Notes under the pieces: model-generated | The model's database searches: none | What the model saw: only the letters and a program-made list of their open reading frames with translations | What the model was told of the DNA's origin: nothing | Part shown: positions 61,534 to 64,000 of the stretch, one piece after another | Layout of the letters: each line of letters begins with the position of its first letter | How positions within the stretch are numbered: the stretch's first letter is position 1 | Position numbers and translations under genes: made by a program | Assembly (NCBI GenBank): GCA_963754315.1 | Contig: CAVWFS010000010.1 | Span: 1 to 64,000 of the forward strand | DNA: 64,000 nt | Reading direction: 5' to 3' | Source: an uncultured Candidatus Rokubacteria bacterium | Lineage (GTDB): Bacteria; Methylomirabilota; Methylomirabilia; Rokubacteriales; CSP1-6

Positions 61534-62626
61534 ATGACCGAACGACGGAGATTCATCGCGACGGCGAGCGGGGTCATGGCGGCGGCCGGCGACCGCCATC
61601 GTCGACGCCCCCTACGTGATCGCCCAGCCGAAGGTCCAGTGGCGGATGTCCACGGCCTGGACGCCGGCGCTCGACAGGATGCAGGGCGCGGCCCAGCGGC
61701 TGGGGAAAGTCGTCGAAGAGATGAGCGGTGGGCGGTTTCGCATCGAGGTTGTCCCGGGCGGCCAGATCATTCCGCCGTTCGAGTGTTTCGACGCCGCCTC
61801 CCAGGGAAAGATCGAGGCATTCATGGGATCGCCACAATACTGGACAGACAAGGAGCCCGCGATTGAGTGGTTCGCAACCATCCCGTTCGGCATGAACGTC
61901 GAGGGCATGGCCGCCTGGTATTACCAGGGCGATGGGCTCAGGCTCATGGAGGAGGCGTACGGCCCCTTTAACCTCACGCCGCGTCCGGCCATGGGAAACG
62001 CTCCGCAGATGGCCGGTTGGTTCCGGAAGAAGATCACCACGATCGGGGACTACAAGGGCCTCAAGATGCGGATTGTGAACCTCGGCGGCAAGGTCTACGT
62101 GCGGGCGGGCGCCACCACAGTTCTCACCCCGGGTAGTGAGATCTATGCCGCCCTGGAGCGGGGCGTCATCGACGCCGCCGAATGGATCGGGCCGCACGAC
62201 GACATGCAGATCGGCCTGCACAAGACTGCACGCTACTACTATTACCCGGGCTGGCACGAGCCCGGCACCACGCTGGATTTTGGCTTCAACAGGAAGGCAT
62301 ACGACGCGCTCCCGGTCGATCTCCAGCGGACGCTCGATCACGCGGCGGCGGCGGTCCACCTCTACGCCCTGACGGACTTCCACACGAAGAACGCGATCGC
62401 CCTCGAGCGACTCAGGACGGAATTCAAAGGCAAGGTCGAGGTGCTCCCGCTCCCCGTCTCCGTGCTGCGTGATCTCCGGAAGCTGGCCGCCGAGGTCGTC
62501 CGGGAGGAATCGGAGAAGACTCCCATGGCCAGGAAGGTGCACGCATCCGTCACGAAGTACCAGGCACTGGTGAGTCCCTGGGATCACGTCGCCGAAGGCG
62601 CCTACCACCAGTTCGTCGCTGGGTGA
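61534..62626 (+). CDS. dctP: TRAP substrate-binding protein (TakP-like, Tat), tandem paralogue, frameshift near 61588
   Basis: Same motifs as the preceding gene. Confidence 0.9.
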
Positions 62627-62659
62627 GGAAACGGGCCGAAGTTCCAGTGACGGCGACGG

Positions 62660-62697
62660 TTGGATTCCGGAATCCGTTGTAGCTACAATGGCTACAA
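62660..62697 (+). promoter_or_regulatory. Promoter/operator of the phd-vapC operon
   Basis: TTGGAT-N18-TACAAT overlapped by palindromes GGATTCCGGAATCC and TTGTAGCTACAA, plus a repeated GCTACAA. Confidence 0.6.
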
Positions 62698-62710
62698 GCG
62701 AGGTGCCACC

Positions 62711-62992
62711 ATGGGCGCGGTGGGTGTTCGGGAGCTGAAGAACCGGCTGACCTACTATCTGCGACGGGCCACGAAAGGGGAAGAGATCATCGTCACCGAG
62801 CGCGGCCGTCCCGTGGCCGTCCTGCAATCCCTCCAGCACCTGGACCGAGGAGCGGCGCTGGAGACACGCCTGGCCCGGCTCGCCGCTCTCGGGATGGTCA
62901 CCTTGCCGACCCGGAAGGGATTCGGGCGAACGCGGCCGTTGCGCATCTCCGGACCCCCGGTGTCCCGGGCGATCCTCGAGGATCGCCGGTGA
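62711..62992 (+). CDS. Phd/YefM-family antitoxin
   Basis: VGVRELKNRLTYYLRR..GEEIIVTERGRPVA. Confidence 0.92.
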   Translation: MGAVGVRELKNRLTYYLRRATKGEEIIVTERGRPVAVLQSLQHLDRGAALETRLARLAALGMVTLPTRKGFGRTRPLRISGPPVSRAILEDRR

Positions 62993-63432
62993 CCTATCTG
63001 GATACCAGTGCTCTGGTCAAGCGCGTCGTGTCGGAGGCAGGATCCAACGAGGTTCAGGCCCTGTTGACGGGGGCCGCGCCGATCGCGTCGGCTACCATCG
63101 CGTATGCGGAGCTGTATTCTGGCCTCACCCGACGGCACCGGGAGGGGGGTCTCTCGCAGCTCCAGTATCGGCTCGCCTGCCGGCGTTTCGAGAGGGATTG
63201 GCTGGGGCTCGTCAAGGTGGAGCTGGCCGCCGAGATCCTGAGCTCGGCACGGGGACTGATCCAGCGTCACGGCTTGCGCGCGTTCGATGCCATCCACCTC
63301 GCCTCGGCTCTCGGACTGCAGGCGGCCGCGAACGAACGCGTGACCTTCGTGGCGGCGGACCAGCGCCTGTTGCGGGCCGCGGCCGGTGAGCGGCTGGCGA
63401 CGGTGAACCCCGAGACCGGCCGGAGTCGGTAG
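62989..63432 (+). CDS. vapC: VapC PIN-domain toxin
   Basis: YLDTSALVK..E, LRAFDAIHLASA, FVAAD.RL; GTGA overlap with the antitoxin. Confidence 0.92.
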   Translation: MTYLDTSALVKRVVSEAGSNEVQALLTGAAPIASATIAYAELYSGLTRRHREGGLSQLQYRLACRRFERDWLGLVKVELAAEILSSARGLIQRHGLRAFDAIHLASALGLQAAANERVTFVAADQRLLRAAAGERLATVNPETGRSR

Positions 63433-63450
63433 CGACGACTGACAGGGAGG

Positions 63451-64000
63451 ATGATTCGGGCAGTGACTGAACGATGCGGGCCGGAAGGAGCCCGAGAGAA
63501 CCCCGAAGGCCACGAAGGTGGCCGCGTCGGGTGGGACGGGCTCGGGCGGCGGCTGCTCTGGGCCGCGGCGGTGATCCTTCTCTGCTTCTCCTGGCCCCCC
63601 GCGGAGGCGGAGCAGGCTCGACGCCCGCTTCGGATCGGCGTCATCAACGCCGCGTATGCCGCGAGCCATCCGACCGTCGAAGGGCTCAAGGCAGGACTCA
63701 AGGAGCTCGGCATCGAGGACGGCCGCGACATCACGTTCGACATTCGGTTCACGGAAGGAAAGCTGGATGCGATGCCCGCCGCCGCCGAGGCTCTGGTCAA
63801 GGCCGGGGTCGACCTGATCTTCACCAGCCAAGAGGCGGCCACCCTGGCGGCGAAGGAAGCGACGAAGAGTGTGCCCATCGTGTTCACCTTGGTGGGCGAT
63901 CCGGTTGGCGCCGGCATCGTGAGCAAGCTGGCTCAGCCTGGCGGCAACGTGACGGGCGTCTCCAGCCTCCAGACCGAGCTCGCCGCAAAGCGGCTGGAAG
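63451..64000 (+). CDS. ABC_sub_bind-family substrate-binding protein, runs off the window
   Basis: Manual translation: RIGVI..GLKELG..VPIVF..DPVGAGIVSKLAQPGGNVTGVS..KRLE; SD GGGAGG. Confidence 0.88.
   Translation, partial: MIRAVTERCGPEGARENPEGHEGGRVGWDGLGRRLLWAAAVILLCFSWPPAEAEQARRPLRIGVINAAYAASHPTVEGLKAGLKELGIEDGRDITFDIRFTEGKLDAMPAAAEALVKAGVDLIFTSQEAATLAAKEATKSVPIVFTLVGDPVGAGIVSKLAQPGGNVTGVSSLQTELAAKRLE

Noticed and set aside
1351..62626. Programmed frameshifting or mass pseudogenisation behind the many split genes
   Set aside because: Breaks are scattered single indels in unrelated genes such as thiE and the SBPs, with no shared slippery motif. Sequencing error is the simplest explanation, though reads are needed to confirm.

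Overview
High-GC bacterial chromosomal segment. The many solute-binding proteins (family-5, TRAP DctP, ABC_sub_bind) suggest Candidatus Rokubacteria/Methylomirabilota; this is an inference. More than a dozen otherwise intact genes carry single-base frameshifts, most likely long-read indel errors. Left part (1-10.4 kb) is an accessory patchwork: a VOC/glyoxalase gene with one in-frame TGA and a SECIS-like hairpin, an orphan peptide SBP, a tRNA-Asn 3'-half (att-like) flanked by arm-like repeats, secreted hypothetical proteins, a full-length IS21 element, and integrase, HIT-like and acyl-CoA dehydrogenase remnants. 10.4-22 kb: a Dpp-type ABC cassette, Gfo/Idh/MocA, MFS, a coupled diiron oxygenase + luciferase-like monooxygenase, and secreted proteins. 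22-34 kb: a putative cyclic-ureide catabolic cluster (HyuA/B, PuuE-like, TRAP, PAL-like NHL lyase, DUF6282, dialkylglycine decarboxylase-like). 34-64 kb: a secreted CxxCH protein, Fsr MFS, SBP, hybrid kinase, NitT/TauT ABC, desaturase, large class A PBP, mgtE, a DGPF operon with an ECF42-type promoter, thiE, RraA-like, CMD, a ThDP decarboxylase, a serine hydrolase, LLM, two toxin-antitoxin pairs and tandem dctP paralogues. No CRISPR array, rRNA or intact tRNA was seen. Best leads: the candidate selenoprotein and the ureide cluster with a PAL-type lyase.
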